A program made the translations under genes and the position numbers. A DNA stretch of 64,000 nt from Candidatus Doudnabacteria bacterium (lineage in GTDB: Bacteria; Patescibacteriota; Doudnabacteria; UBA920; 2-01-FULL-46-14), in contig JBGQGB010000001.1 in assembly GCA_041497195.1 (NCBI GenBank), positions 9,904 to 73,903 on the forward strand, in the 5' to 3' direction. Shown in pieces: positions 8,731 to 17,570 of this stretch. Within the stretch, counting starts at the first letter, position 1. Every line of letters starts with the position of its first letter. The notes under the pieces were generated by a model that searched no databases, was not told the origin of the DNA, and worked only from the letters and a program-made list of their open reading frames with translations.

Positions 8731-9363
8731 TTATTTAACCTGCCTGATCTCCGCAAGCACTATCCAGCGCGCCAATGAGGTGCCGACTGGGTAGCTCGTC
8801 TGCAAGGTCAGCTGCTTGATCTTATTGCCGTTTTGATCAACCGCATTCGGGGTGATGTATTTCACTTCGGTTTTGGAAACCTTGAAACTGTCGGTGACCA
8901 CATAGGTAAACGAGTTGCCGTCCGGATCCGTGATCTCAATCAGCGCTCCTTTCTGCATCTGCGGCAGCACAGCGAAAACCGTCTTGAAATGGCCCTTGGA
9001 CCAGGCGTTGTCCGAAGAGTGGCCGAAAATATAGGAGTTGCCATATTGCCCGGGTAAAACCGTTCCCGGATAGTGCACCACCCCGTTAATCAAAGCTGCC
9101 TGAAAATCGTTTTCCAATTGCGTAGGATTTTCCGAAGGCTTGGTGTCCACGTACTGAATGGGCGCTTTCACCCCGAGACTGTCGATTGAGAGCATATTCG
9201 GCTCGCCTTTCGGGGCTGGAGTCAGCACTGTCGGCGCTGGCACTGGTTTTGGTTTGAAAAAAATATATTTAAGATTAGACGAAATATAGCCATAATCCAG
9301 CAGTATGGCCAGTACAGCAAAAATCAAAAGCGACAAACCGAGTTTTTTCCAAAAATCTTTCAT
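8731..9363 (-). CDS. Sortase-family transpeptidase homolog with Ser at the catalytic Cys position
   Basis: N-terminal TM anchor. YIFGHSS (His motif) ... KQLTLQTSYPVGTSLARW aligns to SrtA KQLTLITCDDYNEKTGVWEKR. The AGC Ser codon is at 8794-8796 and the downstream Arg is retained. The protein contains no cysteine at all. Confidence 0.75.
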   Translation of the reverse strand: MKDFWKKLGLSLLIFAVLAILLDYGYISSNLKYIFFKPKPVPAPTVLTPAPKGEPNMLSIDSLGVKAPIQYVDTKPSENPTQLENDFQAALINGVVHYPGTVLPGQYGNSYIFGHSSDNAWSKGHFKTVFAVLPQMQKGALIEITDPDGNSFTYVVTDSFKVSKTEVKYITPNAVDQNGNKIKQLTLQTSYPVGTSLARWIVLAEIRQVK

Positions 9364-9398
9364 GGCTTTAAGCGATTTTTCAATTATAGATTAGGAAC

Positions 9399-9436
9399 AA
9401 AAAAAATACCAGTCTTGCGCAGACTGGTATTTTTTC
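9399..9436. terminator. Bidirectional hairpin terminator (after minus-strand surface protein gene)
   Basis: A8-taccagtct-tgcgc-agactggta-T6. Confidence 0.55.
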
Positions 9437-9441
9437 TTATT

Positions 9442-11667
9442 TTAGAGGCTCATTTGTCTTTTCTTGCCAAACGCAAATGGAAGCAGGGAAAGGAGTAATA
9501 TCACCATAATGCTGATGGGATCCATACCGGTGCGGGGAAGCGTATTGGCTCCTGCGACTTGCGGGGTCGGGACTACCAGAGTCAGTCCCCCGTCGATTTG
9601 GGGTTGTGGGCTTGCTGGAGTATTCAGATTGGGATTAGCCGGTGTTGGAGACCCACCACCACCGCCGCCTCCACCGCCGGTACTGACCTGCACAGTGACT
9701 GAACCGCCTCCACCGCCAGAGGTTTGCGCGACATCATCATTAGTCAAAGTGCAAGTCTTGGTCTCAGAAACCTGCAAAGTGACGCTCCCGTTGTGGTCGC
9801 AATCTCCACTGAAGCTACCGGCGTAACCGGTCGGCGAATCTTCGGTCACAGTATACGTCCCGACATTGAGGATATAGGTCGTGCCAGTTTCCGAACCCGG
9901 GGCCGGGCTGCCGCTGACATCAGTATTGCCGCTATTTTTGACGTGTAAGATGAAAGCAGTCGAAGTGGCGGTGCCCCCGTTGTCGTTGATGACGTGTTTG
10001 ATGACTACTAGAGTACTAGTCGCCTCAGAAGGCGGATTGGCAATGTCGTCGTTCGTGACTGTGCAAGTTTTCGTTTCCCCGGCAGCGATAGAACCGCTGC
10101 AGTTCTCTCCCAGAGTCTTTGTATAAGAAGAGTCAACCGCTTCGTCCACGCTGTAAGTGCCAGCATCCAGTGTCACAGTCTTGCCAGTCTCGCTGCCGGC
10201 AAAAGACGACTGTGAGACGTTGGTGCCGGTCACCTGCATAGTGAAATCTGCAGCCTGTTTCGTGCCGCCATCATCATTAATGACGTGCTTCTTCACTATC
10301 AGCGTAGCGCTCGTCAGGGTAGGCGGCAGGACTTGCAATTGATTGAGAACTACCAGGGTGCGATCAGGCCGGTCATTATTCAGCACGATGTGCCCGTCTA
10401 CGTTTTGATTGCGACTGCCATCGTTCGCCTGATTACCGTCAAACAGGTTGCCGTCATAAGCAAAGAAATCACTGAGCGTCGCAATAGTGACTGTAAACTG
10501 GTCGTTGTACTTTGGCGTCGCCCACCCGGTCGGATTCGAAATCGTCTCCTGCCCATAGTAATATGCGCCGATGGCCAAGTTGTCATACTTGAGACACTGC
10601 GCGTCATTGCTGGTACTGGCAGCCAAAATTTTTGCGTTGAAGCTCAAAGGATTAATAAACACAGAATCAGGGATCTGTCCGACAGGGGCCCCTAGAGAAG
10701 TCACTGGATCAGGGGTCAGTCCCGGAATAGTGAACGTCACTGAAGGGCTCTGCGACCCGTCCACGATTTTGTTGTTTGAATCAATAATCATCTTGCAAAC
10801 CGTGATGGAGCCGGTTTTGGGCGGAGGTGGTAGATTGCAATCCTTGTTGCCCGCAGTATGTACGGTGTTGCTCTGGACCCAGGTGTTGCCATTGTCATAC
10901 TCAGTAGAGGTGATTTTGGCAGTGTTGGGAATGTCGAACTGGCCGCAGGTTGCCGGATCGTTCACTGTTGCGGTGAATTTTACCCAGCCGGACTGGCCCG
11001 GGGTCAAAACATGAGCGTTCCAGTGCAAGCGGCGGCTGCCTGTTTCATACAGCGGGGTGCTGTTGTAGCCAGCATCCACGTTGCCACTCGTGATGGAATT
11101 GACGAAAGTCAAATTGGTATCCACAGCGTCTGCGACATGGACTCCCCCGCCGGTGCAGTTGGCAGTGCCTGTGTTTTGAAAATTGATGGTGTAAGTCAAA
11201 GTATCACCTGACTGGGCCGAAGCCTGGTCAACTGATTTGGTGATGGTCATCACGCACTGGCTAGACTGGTGACCCCCGCCATTGTTGTCTTGGTCATGAT
11301 TTTGATCATCGCCACTGTGATCTTGATTGTTACTGTTGTCCTGATCATGGCTTTGATCGTCGCTAGAGCCGTCGTTCTGATCATGACTGTTGCCATTGTT
11401 TTGGTTGTTTTGGTCATGATTGCCGGAATTGTCGTTTTGATTACTGTCGTTTTGATCATTGCCCTGGCTGTGGCCCTGATCCTGGCTCTGGCCGCTGTTG
11501 CTGTTGTCGTTAGCCATAGCTACGTTGACCGAAGGACCGATGACGAAAAATAGCTCCATAGCGACCATGGTCACGGAAGCTGCGAAAAACGTTTTGGATT
11601 TGCGAAATAATTTTGCCGTCTGCGGTTGCAGGTCTTTGGGGCAAACGATGAATTCCTGTTGAGTCAT
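9442..11667 (-). CDS. LPXTG (LPRTG)-anchored cell-surface protein with DUF11-like and repeated beta-sandwich modules
   Basis: Signal peptide ending VAMA, then an H/D/N/Q-rich low-complexity segment. A DUF11-like domain follows (MTITKSVDQASAQSGDTLTYTINFQNTGTAN), then repeated modules VIKHVINDNGGT...CTLTNDD, then a Gly/Pro-rich linker. The C-terminus is LPRTG plus a hydrophobic stretch plus KKRQMSL. Confidence 0.8.
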   Translation of the reverse strand: MTQQEFIVCPKDLQPQTAKLFRKSKTFFAASVTMVAMELFFVIGPSVNVAMANDNSNSGQSQDQGHSQGNDQNDSNQNDNSGNHDQNNQNNGNSHDQNDGSSDDQSHDQDNSNNQDHSGDDQNHDQDNNGGGHQSSQCVMTITKSVDQASAQSGDTLTYTINFQNTGTANCTGGGVHVADAVDTNLTFVNSITSGNVDAGYNSTPLYETGSRRLHWNAHVLTPGQSGWVKFTATVNDPATCGQFDIPNTAKITSTEYDNGNTWVQSNTVHTAGNKDCNLPPPPKTGSITVCKMIIDSNNKIVDGSQSPSVTFTIPGLTPDPVTSLGAPVGQIPDSVFINPLSFNAKILAASTSNDAQCLKYDNLAIGAYYYGQETISNPTGWATPKYNDQFTVTIATLSDFFAYDGNLFDGNQANDGSRNQNVDGHIVLNNDRPDRTLVVLNQLQVLPPTLTSATLIVKKHVINDDGGTKQAADFTMQVTGTNVSQSSFAGSETGKTVTLDAGTYSVDEAVDSSYTKTLGENCSGSIAAGETKTCTVTNDDIANPPSEATSTLVVIKHVINDNGGTATSTAFILHVKNSGNTDVSGSPAPGSETGTTYILNVGTYTVTEDSPTGYAGSFSGDCDHNGSVTLQVSETKTCTLTNDDVAQTSGGGGGSVTVQVSTGGGGGGGGGSPTPANPNLNTPASPQPQIDGGLTLVVPTPQVAGANTLPRTGMDPISIMVILLLSLLPFAFGKKRQMSL
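11250..11560 (-). repeat. Imperfect codon-level repeats (gatcat/ttgatca units) encoding a His/Asp/Asn/Gln-rich low-complexity region
   Basis: Visible reiteration in the DNA. Translated: HSQGNDQNDSNQNDNSGNHDQNNQNNGNSHDQNDGSSDDQSHDQDNSNNQDHSGDDQNHDQDNNGGGHQ. Confidence 0.5.
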
Positions 11668-11827
11668 GGTTTTTTCCTTTTGATTAATTCCAAACTCATG
11701 CCTTAAAATATCCTGAACAGCAAACTATAGCATACCTAAAACTTCTCGTCAACCACTGGGAGTGAAAAACCGGCTATTTTTGGCTAAATTAAGGCTTTTC
11801 CGCAATAGCAACCCTCACTAGTATGGA

Positions 11828-11860
11828 CAAAAAATCAGCCTCTTTCTTACAAAGAGGCTG
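11828..11860 (-). terminator. Rho-independent terminator after second LPXTG gene
   Basis: cagcctcttt-cttac-aaagaggctg, followed by a T-run on the minus strand. Confidence 0.5.
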
Positions 11861-11889
11861 ATTTGGGATAAATCCCTTTTCAATCAATA

Positions 11890-14388
11890 TTACTTTTGCT
11901 TCGTGCGCCGGCTGATTCGCGGCTTGGCCTTTTGCTTGCTCATCCAGGGGGCAATAAGAGACAAGCTCAAGAACAAGAGATAATCAGCTATATCAGCGCC
12001 TGTTCGCGGCAGAGTCGTAGCGCCAGCCACTTGAGGCTGAGGAGTCGGAGTCTGCGCGCCAGCGACACTCGGGGCTGGGGTTGGAGTAGGAGTATTCAAG
12101 TTCGGATTCGGGGGGGGGGTAGAACTTCCACCACCACCACCACTCGGAGGAGGGGGAGGAGGATTGCCTCCACCACCACCGCCACAATTCTCAGTACATC
12201 CACCAGTGCTGCCTGCGATAGTTAGAGATGCGTCAGCTTTGTCATTGCTCAAATCAATATTTGGGTCACCAGTGACAATTGCTTCGTTGACGATCGTGTC
12301 GCCAGCGTTTCCACTGACTGTTGCCGTTATGTGCAAAGTCACGGCATTTCCCGAGCCCACCGCCAAATCACCAATAGTCCAGATCTTCGTATTTGTATCA
12401 TACGCCCCACCACTGCCGTCATCCGAAACATAACTAAGTCCAGATAGCAAAGGATCGCTCACAGAGACATTGTTGGCCACATCTGGGCCATTGTTCGTGA
12501 CTGTAATCGTGTAGATTACTGTGTCGCCAGAGTGAGGTGAATTATTGTCAATGTCTTTGCTAATCACAAGGTCAGCACTTGGAGCGACAAAAGTATTGGT
12601 AATAGTGCAAATAGCTATTACACCAACGCCTAAGGTGATTTGATTACCTTGAGTAACCGGGATATCGCCACCACAATCCCAGGCTTGGCCATTGTTGTAA
12701 TTCGCCACACTGCCAGTTTCAGACAGAGTGTAAGTACCGGCTTGGAAAGTCCCATCACTGGTAGCACCACCTGGCCCGGAAAGTACTGTCGGGACCTGTT
12801 GGTCACCAGTAGCAGTCAATGTCCAATCAGTCACGGATGCATTTCCGTCTCCGCCCAATTGTTTGACCAAAGTCAGGGAAGGCGCAATGTCATCGTTCAT
12901 GATAGTACATGTCGTAGTTTGCCCTGCAAGCACGGTCACGGCGCCGCTACCACAGTGCAATGACATATCAGATGCATATCCAGTATGATCACCTTCTGAA
13001 ACGGTATAAGGCCCTGGGAGCAAATTGGAATAAGTATAAGTTACACTTTGATCATTTCCGACAGGTGAAACAGGCGATAAATCATTGCTTCCGTCGTTGA
13101 CAATGATTTGGAAACTTCCAGCAGTTTGCGTACCGCCATTGTCATTAGTGACGTTTTTAACTACCACTAAGTTACCTTGCGTTGGCGGGGGAAGTGGCAA
13201 ATCATCGTTCGTCACGATACAAGTCTTCTGGCCACCGGCTGGCATAGTTCCCGAACAGTCAGTTGAATAGCTGGTTAAATATCCCGCCGCAGTTGGTTCA
13301 GTCACCGAATAAGAGCCGTTGGCATCAATCGTGACCGCTACGCCATTTTCGTTTCCAGTCACAGAAGCGGGACTGGGATTGCCACCACTAATATTGAGAG
13401 TAAAACCAGAGGCAACCGAACTGCCAGTCTGATCATCATTAATCACGTGCTTGATGACAGTCAGAGTCCCTGGCTGAGGAGGAGCCGCATTATCGTCATT
13501 AGTCAGAGTACAGAAATAAACCTGGCCCCTGTGAATAGTGATATTTCCATTGCTATCGCAATTACCGCTGAAGCTTGCCGTGTATCCACCTGGTCCGGTT
13601 TCAGTAATTGCATATGAAGTTCCCGTTCCAGAGGCAGCCGAGAAATCTTGGACAACACCGCTCGTTACGGTGGTGGCACCAACCTTGAGCGTATAGTTAC
13701 TAATCTGAGCACTGCCGCCATCATTATTAACGACGACTTTGGTCAGAGTGAGAGATCCCTTTGTAGAAGGAGGGACATGTACACAAATCGTCACCGAAAT
13801 AACACTGTCAGCCTGGTTATCGTGCCCTGGAGGGCTCTCATGATACAGTCGTGCTTTAATCGTAAAATTTCCGGTACTCGTATAGGAATGGTCATTTGAT
13901 GGAGAAGTGGTAAAAGTATATGTAAAAGGAACATGTCCGGAGTTTGGAGTAAATATTCCGAGGCCATTGGTCTGGTGTCCATCTCCCCAATCTACCTGAA
14001 CTTTGTATTGACTGGCATCTCCTGGAGGAGCGCTACCGGCGCCATGTCCCGTAACGGATACCGGGTTGAAAAGCGGACTGGTATTACAATTGAAATTGAA
14101 AGGACCGCTTTGACCGTTGATAGTATCAATAGTAATACTCGGGCCGACGTCGGCTTTGGTTGTTAGTGGAAGTGCTCCTGCCGTGAAAAACAATAAACTA
14201 AAAATCCCAACTACAGCCAAGCTCTTTTTGAGCCCAGAGTTTTGGGAAATATTTCTCACGAATTTATACAAACCAAGCTTTGACTTCTGTTTTCTCAATG
14301 CCCTTTTGTGTATGTCAATGTACTTCATGAGATATTTTCTAAGCATGTTAGATTTATAACTTTTTAAGTATAACAAATTATGATACAC
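11890..14388 (-). CDS. LPXTG (LPRTG)-anchored cell-surface protein, paralogous module set
   Basis: N-terminal signal (start possibly MKYIDIH at 14328). Repeated V.NDNGGT...C.(I/V)TNDD beta-sandwich modules and a DUF11-like domain (LVISKDIDNNSPHSGDTVIYTITVTNNGPDVANN). Gly/Pro-rich linker, then LPRTG plus a hydrophobic stretch plus SKQKAKPRISRRTKQK. Confidence 0.8.
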   Translation of the reverse strand: MYHNLLYLKSYKSNMLRKYLMKYIDIHKRALRKQKSKLGLYKFVRNISQNSGLKKSLAVVGIFSLLFFTAGALPLTTKADVGPSITIDTINGQSGPFNFNCNTSPLFNPVSVTGHGAGSAPPGDASQYKVQVDWGDGHQTNGLGIFTPNSGHVPFTYTFTTSPSNDHSYTSTGNFTIKARLYHESPPGHDNQADSVISVTICVHVPPSTKGSLTLTKVVVNNDGGSAQISNYTLKVGATTVTSGVVQDFSAASGTGTSYAITETGPGGYTASFSGNCDSNGNITIHRGQVYFCTLTNDDNAAPPQPGTLTVIKHVINDDQTGSSVASGFTLNISGGNPSPASVTGNENGVAVTIDANGSYSVTEPTAAGYLTSYSTDCSGTMPAGGQKTCIVTNDDLPLPPPTQGNLVVVKNVTNDNGGTQTAGSFQIIVNDGSNDLSPVSPVGNDQSVTYTYSNLLPGPYTVSEGDHTGYASDMSLHCGSGAVTVLAGQTTTCTIMNDDIAPSLTLVKQLGGDGNASVTDWTLTATGDQQVPTVLSGPGGATSDGTFQAGTYTLSETGSVANYNNGQAWDCGGDIPVTQGNQITLGVGVIAICTITNTFVAPSADLVISKDIDNNSPHSGDTVIYTITVTNNGPDVANNVSVSDPLLSGLSYVSDDGSGGAYDTNTKIWTIGDLAVGSGNAVTLHITATVSGNAGDTIVNEAIVTGDPNIDLSNDKADASLTIAGSTGGCTENCGGGGGGNPPPPPPSGGGGGSSTPPPNPNLNTPTPTPAPSVAGAQTPTPQPQVAGATTLPRTGADIADYLLFLSLSLIAPWMSKQKAKPRISRRTKQK

Positions 14389-14589
14389 ACAAATTCCGGC
14401 TTTGTCAACACTGAGGAGGAGAAAATGGAAAAAACATCGTTTTTTGGCTTATCCACTGCGTTCTGGAGTGAAAACGCTTGAGACTAGCCAAAAATATGGT
14501 AAGATAAATAAAGTTTAAACGACTCATAAATATAGAAACCAAAGGTCGAGTAAAACCTGTTTGAATCTTAAATTTTAAGCAATCCATAC

Positions 14590-15450
14590 ATGATCAAAAA
14601 AATTCTCAACTTTTCCGTATTGATGACTAGTTTGTCTTTGAGCCTATTGCTGCCGAGCCTGGCCTTGGCAGAAACCGGAGATTCTACTGGCAGTACCAAT
14701 CCCGTCTTTCTCAACACGACCAATACCAGTACCGGGACGAGCACGGCCCGCGAACTCAGACTGCAGCAAGAAAAACAAAAGCGCCAGGCGCAGCTCCAGG
14801 CCCTGACAGCCAGACGAGCCTGCAACAAAGCCGCTCTCGACAAACGCAACACCGCCATGAAAACGGCGTACACTGACTACACTACAGCACTCAAGTCCGC
14901 GCGCGACGCTTACAAAGCAGCAATCACCGCGGCCAAAGCCCTCACTGACGTGGACGCGAAGAACGCTGCCATCAAAGCAGCGAGCCAAGTTTACCTGGCA
15001 GCCAAACAAGCCGCCAACGATACGCTTCGCGACGCCAGAAATGCCGCAACAGCTCAATACAAGATTGACTTGCAAGCTTGCAAAACCAATGTGCTCGGTG
15101 AGACTATCACCAACGCGCAAGGCCTCAGTGCTTCTGCCTGCCTGGTGACGGCTCTAAAGACCCGAAACAGCGCCCTTCAGGCGGCCCAAACCGCCTTGCA
15201 GCAAGCCTTGCAAACAGCGCAGACTACTTTCAAGACCGCCATGGATGCAGCCAAAGCCCTCACTGACACGACAGCCAAAGCAGCTGCGATTAAGGCTGCG
15301 CGAGCCGCCTACCGCACTGACTTCAAAGCCGCCCTCGACGCTTGGAATACCGCGCGCAAAGCCGCGACCAAGCAGTTCCAGAGTGATCTCAAAGCCTGCA
15401 AGCCGCTACCGACTCCGGCCAGTACGACTAGTACCACTACAAACCAGTAA
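14590..15450 (+). CDS. Secreted Ala-rich helical protein with two internal about 75-aa repeats
   Basis: Signal peptide MIKKILNFSVLMTSLSLSLLLPSLALA. Repeats ...AAKALTDVDAKNAAIKAA...DLQACK and ...AAKALTDTTAKAAAIKAA...DLKACK. Four Cys residues. Confidence 0.7.
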   Translation: MIKKILNFSVLMTSLSLSLLLPSLALAETGDSTGSTNPVFLNTTNTSTGTSTARELRLQQEKQKRQAQLQALTARRACNKAALDKRNTAMKTAYTDYTTALKSARDAYKAAITAAKALTDVDAKNAAIKAASQVYLAAKQAANDTLRDARNAATAQYKIDLQACKTNVLGETITNAQGLSASACLVTALKTRNSALQAAQTALQQALQTAQTTFKTAMDAAKALTDTTAKAAAIKAARAAYRTDFKAALDAWNTARKAATKQFQSDLKACKPLPTPASTTSTTTNQ

Positions 15451-15472
15451 ATCTGGGCTGAGGATCTGGATC

Positions 15473-15506
15473 AAAAAACCCCCGATGCAATCGGGGGTTT
15501 TGTTTT
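15473..15506. terminator. Bidirectional terminator between convergent genes
   Basis: A6-cccccgat-gca-atcggggg-ttttgtttt. Confidence 0.7.
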
Positions 15507-15523
15507 ACTTTGGAAAAATTGCC

Positions 15524-16792
15524 TCAGAACGCCGAGATCCCTTTCGGGCTGCCCATGCCTGTGGGGCCGTCATAGGACGGACCGGCAATGCACAAAAAAG
15601 CGACAGTGCAAGAACCATTGCTCCCGCTCGTGACGTCATGAAGGCCGGAGGTGTGAGAATACGGGTAGCCGTTGGCTGGGGAAATAGACGAAGCATTGCC
15701 AGCCTGCGCATAAGTGGCAGCTACAATGGGAGCCGCCAAACTCGTGCCGCCGACCTGGAACCAGCCGCTGCGGCCGGACAAACGTACCGAGTCATAGACA
15801 GCAGCGCCGGAGGCCGGATCAGCGTCCGCAGACACATCAGCCACCATGCGATTGGGACACGACGCACTCAGGCCCAAGAGAGCTTGCGCCGGTGTCTGCG
15901 GTTCATAAGCCGAGCAGCCACTGCCAGCGCCGGCCCAAGTGGTCTCGCTGCCATAAGTATTGCCAGGGCCGAGGGTGAGAGTCGTACCGCCGACTGCCGT
16001 GACATACTGCGACGCAGCCGGATATTCCACCCCGTAGCCGCTATCGCCGGAACTGAAGGTGATGGCCACGCCGGATTTGTTGAGATGCCCGTCATAGGTT
16101 GAGGTGGTCTCGGCGGAAAATTCATTTGCACCCCAGGAGTTGGAAATGACTTTGGCTCCCATGATGGCGGCGCGATCCTCGGCAGCCATCAAATCGGCAA
16201 ACCCGTTGGAGCTGGCCTCGACCAACAAGATTTTGCAAGTAGGGCAAAGACCGTGCGCCACTTCCACGTCGAGCGCAATCTCGAGGGCCCAGCCTGCGTT
16301 CGTCTGCGGGTAACTGGTGCCGCCTTTTTGATTGACTTTCTGGAAACAGCTGGTCGTCACCGAACCGGAACAACTCGGAAAAAACGGCAACCCAAAGGTC
16401 GAATCGTATTTGTCGAGGTCTGATTTGATGTACGGGTCATTGTAAGCATCCACGATGGCGATGGTCTGCGTCGAGTTTACGCTCGCCAAGCCGTAGACGC
16501 CGCGAAGTTGCGCTGGCCCATTCCCGGCCGGCAAGACGTTGGCTTTGGGCGCGCCCGAGGGGTCCACCACTATGCGCGCGTTGCAGCCAGCCAGGTCATC
16601 GCCTCGCTTGGGTACTGCACAAACTCTCGCATGCTGCACGCCAGAGCGGCTGGTCTCGATGGAAGAGGCCACAACCCCGTCCTCATCCCCGGTTTGCTGT
16701 TGCTGCGCAAGGGCCACCCCAGTGCTGCCCAAAAGCAGAGCGGCCACAGCCAAGCCCGCGGCATAAGGATAAAGATTTCGAGTGATTTTCAT
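15524..16792 (-). CDS. Secreted S53 (sedolisin/kumamolisin-type) serine-carboxyl peptidase
   Basis: Signal peptide. Catalytic Glu/Asp pair in LEIALDVE, oxyanion Asp in FSSGDSGYG, catalytic Ser in GGTSLAAPIVA. Also IAIVDAYNDP. Confidence 0.8.
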   Translation of the reverse strand: MKITRNLYPYAAGLAVAALLLGSTGVALAQQQQTGDEDGVVASSIETSRSGVQHARVCAVPKRGDDLAGCNARIVVDPSGAPKANVLPAGNGPAQLRGVYGLASVNSTQTIAIVDAYNDPYIKSDLDKYDSTFGLPFFPSCSGSVTTSCFQKVNQKGGTSYPQTNAGWALEIALDVEVAHGLCPTCKILLVEASSNGFADLMAAEDRAAIMGAKVISNSWGANEFSAETTSTYDGHLNKSGVAITFSSGDSGYGVEYPAASQYVTAVGGTTLTLGPGNTYGSETTWAGAGSGCSAYEPQTPAQALLGLSASCPNRMVADVSADADPASGAAVYDSVRLSGRSGWFQVGGTSLAAPIVAATYAQAGNASSISPANGYPYSHTSGLHDVTSGSNGSCTVAFLCIAGPSYDGPTGMGSPKGISAF

Positions 16793-16981
16793 AATAGCTT
16801 TTTAAGTCTTAATAATTGAAGCTTCTGGTCAATTCAGATTATAGCACTTTGGCCAATTTTGCTTTAGTATGTCCAAGGCCTCTAATTTCGAGATGATAGG
16901 TGAAGATAGCACCAAGAGGTTTCGCTGTCAAGATTGGAGCGAACCAGGGCATAAAACAGCGGTGACGAGGCCAATTATATC

Positions 16982-17023
16982 AAAAAAAAACGCCCGAGAA
17001 CCGCGCAAAGCGATAATCGGGCG
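16982..17023 (-). terminator. Rho-independent terminator after small lipoprotein gene
   Basis: cgcccga...tcgggcg stem, with T9 on the minus strand (A9 at 16982-16990 on the plus strand). Confidence 0.5.
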
Positions 17024-17102
17024 TCTAAACAATCTCCAATGGAATCCTCCTTGTGAATGTGCCTGAACCACTTCAGGCGCTGGGCAGGTACAAAAGCTAG
17101 CC

Positions 17103-17570
17103 TTAGGGGGCTAGGTCCGCCTCAGAGGTGGCTTTGGGCCTCTCGGCATCTTTGGCCACATCCTCACGTTTGTGGTCGCGGGGCCCTGCTTGGCAGCTTA
17201 TACGCAAATTTTCGGCAACTGCTTCGGCAGCCTCGCTTTTCATAAGCGCGTGGCTGACCAGAACTGCCGTGATCTTGGGGAACAACTTATCCCAATCAGT
17301 CCGCCGCTGCTTTTCAAAAACAGCAGAGTGCGCAATAACGACAACCTTGGTCAGACCAGGTATGGCCTTGAACTCAGGGGCTAGCCCGACCAGGTTGACG
17401 TCGTCCGATGCTCTCAGAGTCAGGCGGTCTCCCACTACGCAGCGAAACAAAAATCGGGGCTGCAGCTGAGACGGCTGACTCGACGACGAGACCTGGGCTG
17501 CAACGCCCGTGCAGGAGAGAACAACTGCAGCGACGAGTACGGTGATGAGCAAGCGCAATTTCTTTTTCAT
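17103..17570 (-). CDS. Small secreted protein / putative lipoprotein
   Basis: MKKKLRLLITVLVAAVVLSCTG signal with a lipobox-like VLSC. No recognisable domain. Confidence 0.5.
   Translation of the reverse strand: MKKKLRLLITVLVAAVVLSCTGVAAQVSSSSQPSQLQPRFLFRCVVGDRLTLRASDDVNLVGLAPEFKAIPGLTKVVVIAHSAVFEKQRRTDWDKLFPKITAVLVSHALMKSEAAEAVAENLRISCQAGPRDHKREDVAKDAERPKATSEADLAP

Noticed and set aside
9464-9826. Plus-strand ORF encoding a poly-proline stretch (PPPPPPPPP), and other plus-strand ORFs (9724..11211) inside the surface-protein gene
   Set aside because: These are antisense to the Gly/Thr-rich LPRTG protein gene, where GGN Gly codons read as CCN Pro on the other strand. They lack starts in good context and are low-complexity, so they are artefacts of the repeat-rich coding strand.
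11250-11553. Two overlapping ORFs (69 aa on minus, 94 aa on plus) made of I/V/T/M/A repeats
   Set aside because: These are alternative-frame and antisense readings of the HDQN-rich low-complexity repeats of the 9442..11667 gene. They are not independent genes.
14425-14481. 17-codon mini-ORF with a perfect GGAGG RBS in the spacer upstream of the Ala-rich protein gene
   Set aside because: It is too short and unconserved to call. It may be a fortuitous, or possibly leader-peptide-like, element; evidence is insufficient.
15245-16102. 285-aa plus-strand ORF antisense to the S53 peptidase
   Set aside because: High local GC suppresses stop codons. The product is Arg/Ala/Pro-rich and motif-free, and the opposite strand encodes a peptidase with an intact catalytic signature.
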